Source: Dipteris shenzhenensis
Taxonomy: Eukaryota
Assembly (NCBI GenBank): GCA_047967505.1
Contig: CM106538.1
Length of the DNA: 64,000 nucleotides
Reading direction: 5' to 3' (one strand)
Shown: in pieces, positions 38,600 to 51,990 of the stretch
Layout: every line of letters begins with the position of its first letter
Numbering within the stretch: position 1 is the first letter of the stretch
Notes under the pieces: model-generated
Seen by the model: the letters and a program-made list of their open reading frames with translations, nothing else
Database searches by the model: none
What the model was told of the DNA's origin: nothing
Translations under genes and position numbers: made by a program

Positions 38600-41500
38600 T
38601 CCCAAGTTCGAAGTCTTCTGAAAGGCTTTACACTTGGTTCCCTTTGTTACATGATATCCCTTGTACATTCATAGGTGGCTATATCCTTTTGGATGAACAT
38701 GTGCCACCATGACCAAAAAATACCAGGTATTCTGAGACGTTTCCAGAATACTTCAGCCCATCCCATGGAGGGGGGTTTGTAGGCCATCTTCTAGTGGTTC
38801 TAGTGATGCCCTATAGGCCATGGCATGTGCCTTGTAGGCATAAATATAGGCACTTATAGTCTTAGTGCCTTTTAGGCCACCTAGGACACTTAGTCCTATG
38901 TGACACCTAGGACACTTAGTCCTAGGTCTAGGTACAAGTACTTTGTACTCCTTTTTTCACAAGACTAGTTGACGTGACGTCTAAGACTCTATCGACACTT
39001 TGCACCTTGCTCTCTCTCTATCATCTAACGATCCTACATCAGTGTCACATGTGCCAATAATGCATCATATACCGTGAAGGTATTGAGCAAGTTGCTCTTA
39101 CTTCTGTCTCTGGTAGTATTGTTACTCTGTGCTTTAGGTTCCAAGCATTCGTAAGAACCTCATTTCTATTTCAGCCATTGCTACATGTGCCTTTCACGTT
39201 CTTTTTGATGGTGTTAGGTGTGCAGTGTATGATGCTACACATGCCTTTACCATGGTTTTGAATGGCACATTGTCTAGAGGTCTTTAGAGACTTAATGCTT
39301 ATGACAGATGTTTGGATGATGATGCTGCACTTGCCGATGCACATGCCTTTGCTCTTGATTCTACCATGGCAGATACTCATTTGTGACATGAGAGGTTTGG
39401 ACACCTCAATTTTGGAGCCCTGGTGAAGTTATATAAGGAGGATATGGTTGTGGATCTTCCCAAAATGCATATGCCCACCAAACATGTTTGTGAACCATGC
39501 TTGCTTGGTAAGATGCACCGTGCTGCGTTTCCCAAGGATGGGAGAGTTGGTGCTTCACGCAAGCTTTATCTGGACCCATGAAGGTTGCAACCCTTGGGGG
39601 GTTCTACTATTTTGTCACTTTTATTGATGACTTCACCAGGTACACTTGGATTGAAATCCAAATCTGAAGTTTCTTCATGCTTCAAGCACTTTATTGCCAT
39701 GGCTGGGAATGAGAGTGGGCTGCACATTGCTCACCTTGATACAGACAGGGGGGGTAAAAACATGTCGAAGGAGTTTGTTATTTTTTTGGCTTCCTGTGGC
39801 ATCAATCATCGATGCATAGTGCCTTATACTCCTCAATAGAATCTCGTGGCTGAGCGGAAAAATAGATCAATGATGGAGATGGCAAGGTGCATGTTGAAAG
39901 GCAAACATTTTCCTAAGAAGTTGTAGTCAAATGCGGTCATGTGTGCAAATTACATCTTGAATAGATGTCATACAAAGGCATTGCAGACTATCACACCTTA
40001 TGAGGCTTGGACGGGTCAAAAGCCTCGCATTTCCCACATGAGGACTTTTGGATGCTTAGCTTATGCTCATGTGCCTTCACAGAAACACACTACGTTGGAT
40101 GATAAAGCTGTCAAGTGCATTTTTCTTGGGTATAGTTCAGAGAGCAAGAGCTATAAGCTAATCAGCCCCGCCCGTTGTTGATGCCCCTGACATATTTGAC
40201 ATGATGCCTTTGTTTCCATCCAATGCTCGGGATGATGCTCCATCTGAGGTAGTACCTCCTCCATCTGTTGGTCATTTGCAGCCACATGTGCAGCCAGAAA
40301 TTCAGCCTGATATGCCTCTCATTGATCAGGATCATTTGCACAGGGCTCTTGACCAGGAAGAGCAGAAATTCAAGAGCCCAAAAAGGTACCCCGTTGGCTC
40401 CTTGACACATTAAAAGACAGCAAACAAGACACTCCTCTGCCAGCCCGTACGAGAGCAGCTGTCCGTAAAGAGCATGCTAGTTTTGTTGCTTATGCTTTGG
40501 TTGCTACAGCATGCAATGAAGAGCCCTTATGTCATCAAGATGCCTTTCAAAATGATTGTTGGATGAAGGCCATGCAAGCTGAACTGGATTCTATCCATCA
40601 GAATAACACTTGTGTGATTTGCCTCCTGGCAAGAATGCCATTGGAACTAAGTGGGTTTACAAAATCAAACGGAAAGCTGATGGTTCAGTGGACCGTTACA
40701 AAGCCCGTCTTGTTGCTAAGGGCTATGCTCAGCAGCATGGCATTGACTTTGAGGAGACTTTTGCTCCCACTTCCAGGATCACTACTATTCGCATTATTAT
40801 TACCTTTGCTGCCCACTTTCATTGGCAGATACATCAGCTTGATATTAAGACAGCTTTCCTTCATGGGTATTTGCAGAAAGAGGTCTATGTTTCCCAACCT
40901 CCTGGCTTTGAGGTTGAAGGTTCTGAAAGCAAGGTATGCCGCTTGAAAAAGGCCCTCTATGGATTGAAGCAGGCACCTCGGGCTTGGTATTCGAGAATTC
41001 ATACTCATTTGCTCACACTTAACTTTCAGAACAGCCCTACAGAGGCTACCCTTTACATCCGCAAGCGTGGGACAGATTTGCTAATTTTAAAACCTTTATG
41101 TGGATGACATGCTTGTAACTGGGACACATGCTGAGCAAATTGCAGATTTCAAACTTGATTTGCAGCAGACATTCGCTATGTCTGATCTTGGTCTTTTGCA
41201 CTACTATCTGGGCATCCAATTCGCTAGCAGTGAGGGGCATTTTGATGTCACAATCCAAGTACATTGGACAGCTTTTGCAGCGTTTTCAGTTTGAGGATTG
41301 CAAGCCAGTATCCACACCATTAGAGACTGGTTTTCACTTCTCTTCTGAAGATGGCAGCAGTACGTGTGATGTCACTCTCTATCAGCACGCAATTGGTTGT
41401 TTGATTTACCTTGCCATACAAGACCTAATCTACAGTATGCTGTCTCACAGTTGAGCAGATATATGCACCGCCCATCTATGCACCATGGGCATGCCATGAA

Positions 41501-43229
41501 GCGTGTTTTCAGATATCTCAAAGGAACTCAGCATTTAGGCCTTCTTTATGGAGCTGATACTTCACTTGTCATGCATGGATTCACTGATAGTGATTGGGCT
41601 GGTTGTTCGGACACTCGTGTGTCACATAGTGGCAACTGTTTTATGCTTGGTACTTCATGTGTTTCTTGGTTCAGCAAGAAGCAGAGTACAGTTGCTACTT
41701 CTAGCTGTGAAGCTGAGTACAGCGCAGCCTTTACAGCTACAATGGAGTGTGTTTGGCTTCGGAAGCTACTTGCTGATCTTTGTGCATGCCAGACTGCTCC
41801 TACCGTCATCTTCACTAATAGTCAAAGTGCTTTAGCTATTGCACGCAATCCAATTTTCCATGCTTGCACAAAGCATATTGAGGTTCACTATCACTATGTC
41901 AAAGAGTGATTATCAGCAGGTGATATTGAGTTGTCTTATGTTCCCACTGAAGACAACTTGGCATATCTTTTGACGAAGGCAAAGCGTATACTCCATCATA
42001 CATAATGGGGAGTACACATGCTCTCACATGCAGCTTTGGCAGTTAAGGGTCCACTAGGTCGTGATTAAGGCTCGAATTTAAGGAGAGGGCAATCCAAAAT
42101 TACTCCCCATTCTCTTCATCCAAGCTACAAACTGCTTATGAAAACACAGTGTTTTTTAGTCTTTTCCAAACAATTACCTCTAAGAAAATAAGCTAGACAG
42201 AATAATGCATCACAAAAAATAAATAAGCATTATCAGAGCCACAAGACTTGGCAATATCACAGCCTCCAATATTTGGAGAGCCCAACCTTGATAATTGATG
42301 GCAGCAACCTCATGAAACTATCTTAGGCTTATGAATGACAGTACCACACTCTCGAGGGCATAAAATCAAGGCACTTCCAGAACCTGTAATCGAGCTGGCA
42401 GCTAGTACTTCATGCACATGCCATAATTGCTTTTTTGTGTAAGGAGTTAAAAGGGTCCTTTGACTGTACCATCCTTGCTATTGGTTCCTTACTAGGTAGT
42501 AGGCCTGAGGTTCTGCAGAATACGTACCAGCAGGGCAAGTATCTCTTCTGCTTCTGAGTTGGAAAGAGCACTTCCTAAGGTTGGACAGAGTTATTCCTTC
42601 CTACTAATGTTGATTTAACACAGGTATTTTCCAGCTCAAAAACAGAAAGATTGTACGTTTCTGCACTTGAGTCTGGCACATACACTGTGACTATTAGTTT
42701 CTATGAAAAAAGAATAGGAAGGATGATCTGCATTCTTCCTCTAGCTTGTAGTGACGGCAGCACAGGATCTCAAATAGAGTTATCAGCTGTGGGAATTGTA
42801 GACAGCAATGAATAGAAAGGTCATGACTGCCAGATAAGAGGATGAGAAACCTCTGCCAATGGCAAACTTAACTCCCTGAAGCTATTCACAGAGAAGAAGA
42901 TCACAAGGATATAAGACTACTTTTTAACAGAAGAAATGAATCAGTTGAGGTGCAAAAAGTCTGAAAAAGCACTCAGATCAACATCTTCCAAACAAATTTT
43001 GGTTCTGGAAATTCACAAAACACATAAGATCGACACTACTACAGGCCTTGTGCTGTCTTCTGTCTGCTATACTTCTCTTATTTCTTAAACTCATATTTGC
43101 AAATTCAAGACAAAACTCGCCATGAATTAATTTATTGTTTTAAGCCTCTATAAACATGCAAATCAAACCATGCAGCCCCAATGCAAGTCTAACATAAAAA
43201 TCTGAGTAGTGAGTAATAGCCTTTTGTAC

Positions 43230-43300
43230 CTTGAATCTCTGCCACTTTCCCAGTGTTTAGACAACTCTGCCTCCTCTTGTCCCAACTTATGCGCTTGCTT
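43230..43300 (-). CDS. CWF19L2: CWF19-like protein 2, coding exon 6 (71 bp)
   Basis: TTTCTCAG acceptor, then KQAHKLGQEEAELSKHWESGRDS plus AG, then a GTACAA donor. Bridges phase 0 of exon 5 to phase 2 of exon 7 exactly. Confidence 0.8.
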
Positions 43301-45564
43301 CTGAGAAATAACAAATTTCACATAAGTAAACAGAATCATCTGCTTGAAATGAAATCTTGGAGACCAATGGGTCATCTATTGATAAGAAACCAGTCCATGG
43401 ATCTATAGCGCTCTTCACAAAGTCATTAAAAACTATTTGTGTGTTTATTAACTTGATTTTGTGTGCAAAACACACAACTATATTCAATTTCATCAAGAAC
43501 AAGATTGCCGAATGAAAAAACTTCTGAGAATTTTTTAGAATTTTTGCTCTTTCCTCAGGTCCTCCTGTTTCATGGGAAAATATCACACTACCATTAGGCT
43601 TCTCTTTCCTTCAGGAAGCCCCTAATGAAAGTCGCATGCACATTCGTGATTCTCAATTGATCTCATGTGAAACCACTCTATGCTTTTTAACGACTTAGAC
43701 AAAGGAATTTACATATTTATTTTGCAGACTTTTTCAAGATGCTCATAGATGCATGTTGGAATTGGAAATTGCATACATGAGAGTTTGCAGAACTTGACAA
43801 CTTGCTCAATTGAGAGTAACAACCAAGAGATATACACAAATTGGTATTTGCAGAACACCTTCGAATTTACATTTGGGTTAAGGGGCTAAGACGACCCCCC
43901 CCCCCCCCCCCCCAATCCAAGCTCTTTTTATTGCTTGAAATGGAGATACAAAGACCAAGGTGCAATGCACCTTACAAACTTGGACTCAAACTCTTGACAT
44001 GGACATAGACAAAGGACTTATTTACAAGTGCAGGACGAGTGCTCAGGCGGAGCTATACACAAGGAATGACTCGAAAGCTGATACTAGTGGGAACTGAGTA
44101 CCTCAATCCGCATCAAAATCTTGTAAACTTGGTTGAAAGTTGGGTCGTTGGCATATCCTTATGTTATTTCTTCATGATCCATCATATTCTGGTGTTTAGA
44201 AAATATTCTCTGACTATCATTGAACTGCTGCTCGCCTTGGTTATGGAATTAATGGGAGTGATTGCTATTTGTCTTACAAATAGCACGATGTCACTCATCT
44301 TCGACCTATATCCACTTGCTTGGTAAATGTTCTTTTAAATTTCTATTTATTTTAAAATATCTAAGATAGTATGTTTTGCAAAAGAATGAAGATGTATTCC
44401 TTCTATTCAGTTAGGTCATGGGGGCTAGGTCTAGCATTGGAGGGTGGACCCCCTTGCTTGGGGTTATAGGCATTAGTGACCCACAAGAGTGGTGCCCTCT
44501 CTCAAGAGGGACGTCTAAAATCACACCCAACCTGAGTATCCATTTCTAGGACGAATCAAATGTACAGATTCCAAATCGACGTGGCAACCATCCAAGAGAC
44601 ATGGGTGTGAGCCGGGAGACATGCCACGAGGCATGGAGATACAAGATAAGACTCCAAACCAATAAACCTCTTAGCTGAAACTCAAAAGTGGCTCTACAGT
44701 AGGTCAATGTCTAGGACTACCTGCTAGGAACAAGTCGGTGAAGTTAGAATTCAATTATGACAAGTTTGAATTTTAGGGGTTTTGTAACACGTGGCAGGCT
44801 GCAGGCTGTAGGAGGGGGCAAGTGGCAAGGAGGAGAGGGGCAAGTGTATGGTCGGCACCATTTGGTGGGCTGAAAATGCCAAATTGGGCCAGCCCAGCCC
44901 CCAAAAACTTGCCATCTTGGGCAGATTCTGGGCTAGGCCTCGGCCTCCCCTCCCTCATCTCACACAAATCCCACGCCTCATTTTTGCCCCTCCTCCCTCC
45001 TTGGTGCAGCAGCCCTCCTCCCTTCCCCATCGTGGTGCAGCCAGCCTTCCTCTCAGGCCCTCTTGGTGGTGCAGCTATCTTCTCTCTCCTCCGCCAGGCT
45101 TTTCTCTCTACAGCAGCCACTTTGTCTCTCTACAGTTTCAGGCTTCTCTCTCTGCGGAAATCTGGCCCTTTCTTCACCTCTGAAGCAGCAGCAGTACGTC
45201 TTTCTCTTCCCCCTGTCTAGGAGCAGCAACAACACTCTCTCTCCATGCTATTACTCCACTCTAACACTTTCTCTCTCCTCCCTGCATCACTTTTTTCCCA
45301 CTCCAGCCCCAAGATCTCATCCATCCAAGCAAGAGGGCTGCAATTGTACCAAGGGCTCCATAACCAAGAGAGCACAATTGGAAGGGGAAGTTTGAATCTG
45401 AGATCTGTTTATTTGCAGAGCATTTTTCACATTGAAATTTCCTCTTTTTCTAGAGATCTAGTGCATGCAACTAATGTGGGATGAAGTTGTGATTATGCAG
45501 GCATCTTCCTTTGTTACACTGCATATATCGTTGTCCCCCTTGCGACAAGCTCACTGTCCTGCAG

Positions 45565-45964
45565 CCTGGGCCAATCATTCATCATCTGTAACACGAAGAA
45601 GAACGCTCAGATGACAGGAAAAGTATGCATTGGTCCATCCAACTCTTGGTAAATATCAAAATGGCTAAATCAACTTCCAATTTTAGCTGTGGTTCTGCTT
45701 TTCTTATGCAAACCAAGGCCTGCCATAATCAGTCCTCCAAGAGCTAAATAGGAGCATCCCTATTGCACCTGGGCCAATAATTCTTCATCTGTAACACGAA
45801 GAACGCTCAGATGACAGGAAAACTATGCATTCATCCATCCAACTCTTGGTAAATATTCAAATGGCTTAATCAACTTCCAATTTTAACTGTGGTTCTGCTT
45901 TTCTTATGCAAACCAAGGCCTGCCATAATCAGTCCTCCAAGATCTAGATAGGAGCCTCCCTATT
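45565..45964. repeat. Tandem duplication (2 x ~200 bp)
   Basis: Units begin CCTGGGCCAAT at 45565 and 45768. Confidence 0.9.
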
Positions 45965-46373
45965 CCAGGATCTTCAACTACTCAAGTCCCTCATTGCCTC
46001 CCAAAACAGTTTGCACGATTCTGTATCAAGACCTCAATCTAGGACGTACAGGCTGTTCTGTTGAGCACTAAATACAAATCCTCCTTTTACAAAACTCATT
46101 CCCTCTCTTTTTAAGAATATATCTCAACTCAGCTTTACTTATGAAGGTTGCATCATAAAAATGAAAAGACAGAAAAAAATACAAATACAGTATTTGGTTC
46201 AGAAGAATCGATGCACAAAACTTCAAGACTTTGCCATGCCTAGCATGCTATGAAACCCAAAAAAAAGAACCTCACAGGTCACAAGCAGGTGCATGTCAAA
46301 CACAGCCAGATACCCTGACCCTTATATTCAAACATCTACACACAAGACAATATGTTCCTTGCCCCATAATCAG

Positions 46374-49300
46374 ATGGTTAGGGAATCGCTGCCTCTGCTC
46401 CCGCTAGCTGCCCCGCCTCCACCTTCCTCCCCCCCGCTACCTTCTCTCGCCTCGCCGTCCTTGCCTCGTCCTCGGCGCCCTGCATTGGTAGCCGCCTCAG
46501 CTCGCGGCTGTGAGCCACCTCAGTTCGTGGGCAGCAAGGCAGCCCTCAGCTGGCTGCTCTCAGCCCGCTCCTGCAGGCCTGCTCCTCAACCCAAGCCACT
46601 CCAGCCTATCGACCTCCAAGGGCTGAGGGCCTTCCTTGCATTCAGCTCGCACCAAGGCCAGGCCCATCTTGTTCCTCGCCAGCCCGATCCCTGCCAAGAA
46701 CCAGCCCGCTCCTTGCCAACAGCAGGCCGCCTCTGTTTGCACTTTTACGGGACAGAAGGGGATCTCTCACGGCCCTTGTGGGCTGTCTCTTGCAGCCTCC
46801 TTTCGACTATCAGCACCTAGGTTGTTTGGAGGCCGGCTCGGGGTTGTGGGGAGGCTGCTGGAGTCTTTGGACAGCGTGCTAGGTTCGGTGGGTGCAGCAC
46901 TTCTCTCCCAAGAGGAGCCTTCAGCCCGCTTTGCTCGCCTTGGAGCTCCCACACAGTTCGAGTAGGTGTGGGTGGTGGAAGCAAGCTTTTCAAGCGGCCC
47001 TTTCTCCAACGCCTTATTTATTCTGTTGAAGGTCAAGCCTTGCACGGATCAGCAGCTCTCTCTAGAGACTGTACCTGGGCGGTGACGTGATCATAGCATT
47101 CTGGCTGTACCTCCCTTACGGGCGCTTTCCTCCCTTCTCTCTTCACCTTCTTCTTTTGATTTCCCGCCTTTCAGCGGGCAGTGCAGCTTTTTACTTAACC
47201 TAGTGATTCGATTCTTTGGTGGCAACCTTTGGTCTGGCCAAAGGGCAGCACCCTAGATCCCCACAGCTGTCAAAGTTCTTCTTTCACCGTCGGATAAGCA
47301 ATAGGTACAGCAGGCCGTGAATCTTCTTCAAGATAGGGCAGTGTTAGGCAAGTTCGTTGGCCTCGCCCCCTCAAGGAGACAGATCAGGGATTGGATCCAC
47401 GCCTGCCAGGCACTAGATGGTGACCACATTCAAGGGGTACTATCTATGGACGAGGTGTTTTCCTCCTCCAGCTAGGCTCCCCGGATACTGCTCTGTCTCT
47501 CGTGGAGCGTAGCCCTATCCTCCTGAGACCCCACTTGGTCTACCTCATCCCTTGGTATCATGGCTTCATGGTGGAGGACATGGACTCGGATACCATGTTC
47601 CTCGCTTCCCAGTGATGCTCCGATTCCCCAGACTTCCGAGGGAATATAGGCCCATCCTTTCCTCCATTGGACGAGCGTTTGGCACAGTTTTGGAGCACAC
47701 AGCAGAGTCGGAGGCGGAAGTGGTGACAGATGATGGGGTTCCTCGACTCAAACTCGTGGTAGAGAGCCCGGATACCCTCCCAGCTAAGATACTCGTGCTG
47801 ACAGATGATGGGGTTCCTTGACTCAGACTGGTGGTAGAGCCCAAATACCCTCCCATACGTGATTCTCTTGGAGACTCTGGAGGGGGGTACTTTCCGTCAG
47901 CGCCTGGAGGTTTCAGGCTTAACAGGCCAGTGTTTGAGGTGTAGACAGATGAGGCACCTAGCTCGTGATTGCACACATGGCCAGCACCAAACTCATCCCT
48001 CCACCCAAAAGGCACAGGGACAGCATAGCGACATGAGGGAAGAGGACTCAGAGGCCACCTAGGCGGACGCAGCAGGAGTCTTAGAGACACCAGCCAAAGT
48101 CGCAAACCCCCTGGGTAGATCCTTCGGAGGGTGGATGGACTAAGATGGGGGCAAAGAAGAGGAGCAAGTGGTCCAAAAAGAATTAACAATATCGTGCCAA
48201 CCGTAAGAGGCAAGCACGGACAACTACGCAGTCACAGGGAGCTCCGAATGGAGACCCACAGGTATCACGTGAAGACATCCCTCAAGCCCCTCCGGAGGAG
48301 AGACTCCTCGTCCACCGCAGGACCCCCCACCACAACCAGACCTGGCGTCAGAGACCCTCAGAGCACCAGGGCCCACTGCCTCTTGGGCCCACCCCCCTTC
48401 GAGCTTAGAGGAGGAGCCTCAGAGGACGCAAATGCCTCCACTGCAGCACCCTTCCCAAGGGACAGTAGCAGACTCCACACAGTTTTCTTCTTCCCCTCCC
48501 GTGGACCCGCCAGCCTCTTTGTCGCAGCCCCCTTCCGCGATGTCTCGACTTGCTCCTTCCCCAGTGATTACCCTCACCACCTGCCCTTCCCCTCCGGCCC
48601 CCTCCCTTGCCCCTCCGTTAGTTGCAACCCCCTCCTCGAGCACCTCGCCAGGCGCTGCAGCTGACCCCGCTTCTGCGAGCAAGGGCAAGGCAAAGACTCC
48701 TCCGTTGACCTCTCCTCAGTAGCAAGTCAATGCCCTAGGCAACTAGGACTCAGCCTCCTCTTCCCACAGTTCAGGGGAGTGGGGTCGTGTCGATGAGTTC
48801 GTGAGCATTCGCATGCGTGCTGGGAGGCCGTTACCGTGTGAGTTCTGGCAGTTGGGACCTTGGAACTATTTGGAGATTCCGGATTCTTACCCCATGCCCT
48901 TGGAGTTGACCATTCTGGTCTTGCAGCCCCATAAAGGGGGCATCAGTGCGGTAGGATTGAGCACCCACCCGGTTCGGATCCTCCACTTTGTCTCGTCAAG
49001 TTCTCCACTCCTATGGAGGCAAAGTGGACAGCAGAGCTCTTCGACGCGATGATGGAGCACCAGATTTACCAGATCATGGATGAGTGGATGGGACCTCACG
49101 ACATGGACCTCTTGCTCGCTCACGGAGGTTCTGTGTACTTCCAGCTTGTGTGTACTTCCAGCTTGGCTTCTCTCCAACGAAGCTAGGGTCAGGCCTAGCT
49201 GTAACAATTATCTGCCTACTAGCGGAGAAGGCTTTCTCACAGCCTCATTACTGGACCCTCCAGCAATGCGCTGACCTCTTCGACGTAGAAGTGCAATACT

Positions 49301-50421
49301 CGGCACGCTGGGTAGGGATTGAGCCCATGGCGACTCTGGTTAGCCAGCGCACGGACATAGATTACTCTCCCTCCAAACCTCTGACGAAGTTGTTGAAGTC
49401 GGGTTTCTTAGAGTAGGCTCCCATGCACAGGCGAGCCTTGTTCACTGCTGCCCCTTCCCCATGAGTTTGACCGCAGTGAGTTGGAATGTGCATGGCCTTC
49501 ATGACCGTGTGCATAGTCAGCCGCAATACCTGATTCTCATTCAGGAACTGCAGCGGGCTCTAGTAGGTGGACCAGTGGACTTTCTCTTGATCCAGGAGCA
49601 CATGTTCTCTGCAGCAAACATCACACGCCGTCACCATCTTCTCCTTGGGTAGGCCCAGAGGTTTGGTCCCCAACATTGGGCAGGAGCGGAGGGGTCTGCA
49701 TCTCAGCATCTCAAGCAGTAGCCCCATGCATTTTTGCGCAGGGTGAGCTCATTCCAGGCCGCACAGTGTGGATGGACCTTCAAGTAGGAGAGACTCAGAT
49801 TGGTGTCTTGAGCGTGTACGCACCCACGTGCAGACAGCACCGCCCGGCTTTCTAGCGACAGCTCACAAATTGCCTCCCAAAGGTGGACTCATGGATTGCT
49901 TGAGGGGACTTCAATAATCTTGAGTTCCTAGAGGATAAGCAAGGAGGAGCCTCTTTTGCAGAGATGCCAGCAGGGGTAAGGAGTACTTGGGAGCAATTCA
50001 ACTTTGCGATCCATGGCAGGGACCCCTGGCGAGAGCCTGAGTTTGAGTTTTCTAGGACCCCGAGCAGCCTGCGGTTCTCCTTTGGCCAACGGAGACAAGA
50101 TGGACTATTGGAGCGTCTCAATAGATTCTACATCGGGGATTGGGCTTTACTATGCGGTGGCTCCATTGGTATTTAGCAGACACCACTATGTCCGACCATT
50201 CTCCAGCGGTCTTGCACTAAAAGCAGCCCCACCGCGGACTCCCCCAAAAAGGGGTTCGTATTTCAAATGTTCTTTTCTAGGAGGCGGACGTTCAATAGTT
50301 GATAGCAGTTCTCTGGAGACAGCCCAAGAGTAGACCCGAGGAGGGTTGGGCAGCTTGGGTGGCTGAGAGGATTCAACGTAGCAGTCAGGAGCTCCAGAGT
50401 CAGGCCCTCAGACTGAGAGCG

Positions 50422-50469
<48 letters not shown>

Positions 50470-50925
50470 TCGTAGAGACCTTGCATCTATCGAGAGACTC
50501 AGGGAACAGGACCCGGGATCGCTTGGAGTGTGCACGCTTGGAGCTACAGGATTTGGAGGTTCGCAGAACAGAGTTCTCATACCATTCTTCCCGGGCCAGG
50601 TGGGTCCACAGATAGGATGACCCGACAGTTCTTTCAGGCCACTGGACCACAGTCCGCAAGAGCCCAGCTTTAGCGGCTTCGAGACCCACAGGGACACATG
50701 CGCCCGGACCCGCAGGGGATCCTTGAGTTGACTACAGCCTTCTACAGCCAGCTTTTTCAGTCATAGGAGGTATCACCCATCACCATTCTGGTTAGAGAGG
50801 CAGTTTGGGAGCAGGTCCCCTCAGTAATTTCATCGGGCCTTACCAGACGGTTAGAGGCTCCTTTCACGGATGAGGAGTTGTAGGACACCCTTCAGGCCCT
50901 TCCAGCCCAGAAGTGCCCTGGCGAT
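46374..50925 (+). mobile_element. L1/Tx1-type LINE, 5' half, degenerate (ORF1 + endonuclease), truncated at the start of RT
   Basis: ORF1 has a DUF4283-like AVLGKFVG segment and a CLRC..H..RDC knuckle. ORF2 from 49461 has VSWNVHGL..IQE, VYAP, GDFN, SDH and ends at KCPG. Internal 75-bp duplication at 47726/47801 and (GA)n at 50427-50467. Confidence 0.85.
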
Positions 50926-51897
50926 GAGATCCGGAAACGGATGGTTGTTATTGTAGCTGGCAACCAGCTCTTTCCTTTATTTTCATCGACAGCTCCTACT
51001 AGAAGCTGGTTGTATGGTTCTTTCAGGCATTAATAGAATTTACTTCTTCTTGCAAAAAAAAAATTTGTTACTTACCCTGGACAAAGGGCAAAGCCGATGA
51101 TAACAAAAGCTAGTTACTAAACTAAACACATGGATTGACCGCTTTAGCAGCCTAGCTAAAAGACTTTCACAGCCTAGCTAAAAGACTTTCACTCAAGACG
51201 ACAAATGTTTGTATCGACCCTATTTAGTTGATAATCCCATTTTCTAGTTTCCTTTTTTTTTCAACCTTATATCATCTATTATACATTTGTTATCCTTAGA
51301 CATAAATGGCAAGAGTTTGAAGTGGAGCAATTGAAGCCATAATATTTGCAGGTTACAAGGCTGAATTGTCCCTTGCACCTTTCTGCAAATAAAAATGCTG
51401 GAGTTTGGCAACCAATCTTCTGCAACCTCAGTCTGAGGACAGATTTCCAAGAAGAAAATGTTCTCAACAAAGAGCTCTCACAAAGAATGACCCAAAACCA
51501 ACCTGTGTGCCTCCTTAAGCAGCAAAATAAACTACATCCTGGTGACAAGTACAAATCTACATATGAGCCCATCCCTTGAATCCACACAGGCTGACAAACA
51601 GTTATCTCCAAAATATCCCACCAGGTACTGGCTATGCTCCTGGCAACACACTCTTTGCCCCACTAGACAAAAGTTCCATTGCCATAAAAGACTTCCGGCA
51701 ACAGGACAAACTCATAACCTGCAGGCCTTTATGGCATCAGAAGCACTCACATGTGCAAACCGCCCAAGAATAAGTGGAGCTTTTGGAAGAACCCATCACT
51801 TCTAAACTGCAGTGGCCCCAAAACTATCCCTGCAGGCTTGTCCTCAACACTACCGGTTCTTACCTAGTAGAATGATGTCTGCAGTCTACTCAACCCA

Positions 51898-51946
51898 TGT
51901 GTGTGTGTGTGTGTGTGTGTGTGCACGTGCACACGCACACGCACAC

Positions 51947-51988
<42 letters not shown>
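51898..51988. repeat. Compound microsatellite (TG)n-(CA)-(GA)n
   Basis: Directly visible. Confidence 0.95.

Positions 51989-51990
<2 letters not shown>

Larger units (their letters stand above)
30431..39038 (+). mobile_element. Ty1/Copia element 3 (relative of Copia-1) with nested insertions and an RT deletion
   Basis: LTRs 30431-30680 and 38778-39038. TSD CCAGT/TCAGT (1 mismatch). PBS at 30682. gag-integrase 31678-34755, resuming at 38600 at the RNase H end. Confidence 0.93.
27670..41980 (+). mobile_element. Ty1/Copia element 4, degenerate, lacking a 3' LTR; host of Copia-3
   Basis: 5' LTR 27670-27949, PBS-Met at 27951, gag from 29280. Protease is split at 30430/39044 (QGAS/VTCANNASY). Integrase, RT and RNase H run to about 41980. 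Confidence 0.88.

Noticed and set aside
44400-45547. LTR-like GC- and pyrimidine-rich region with TGTAACA..TGTTACA ends (44783-45518)
   Set aside because: No matching TSD, PBS or second copy in the window, so it is left unclassified.
1-50925. The two LINE halves as one split element
   Set aside because: The 3' half lies upstream of the 5' half with host exons between them, so they are separate insertions.
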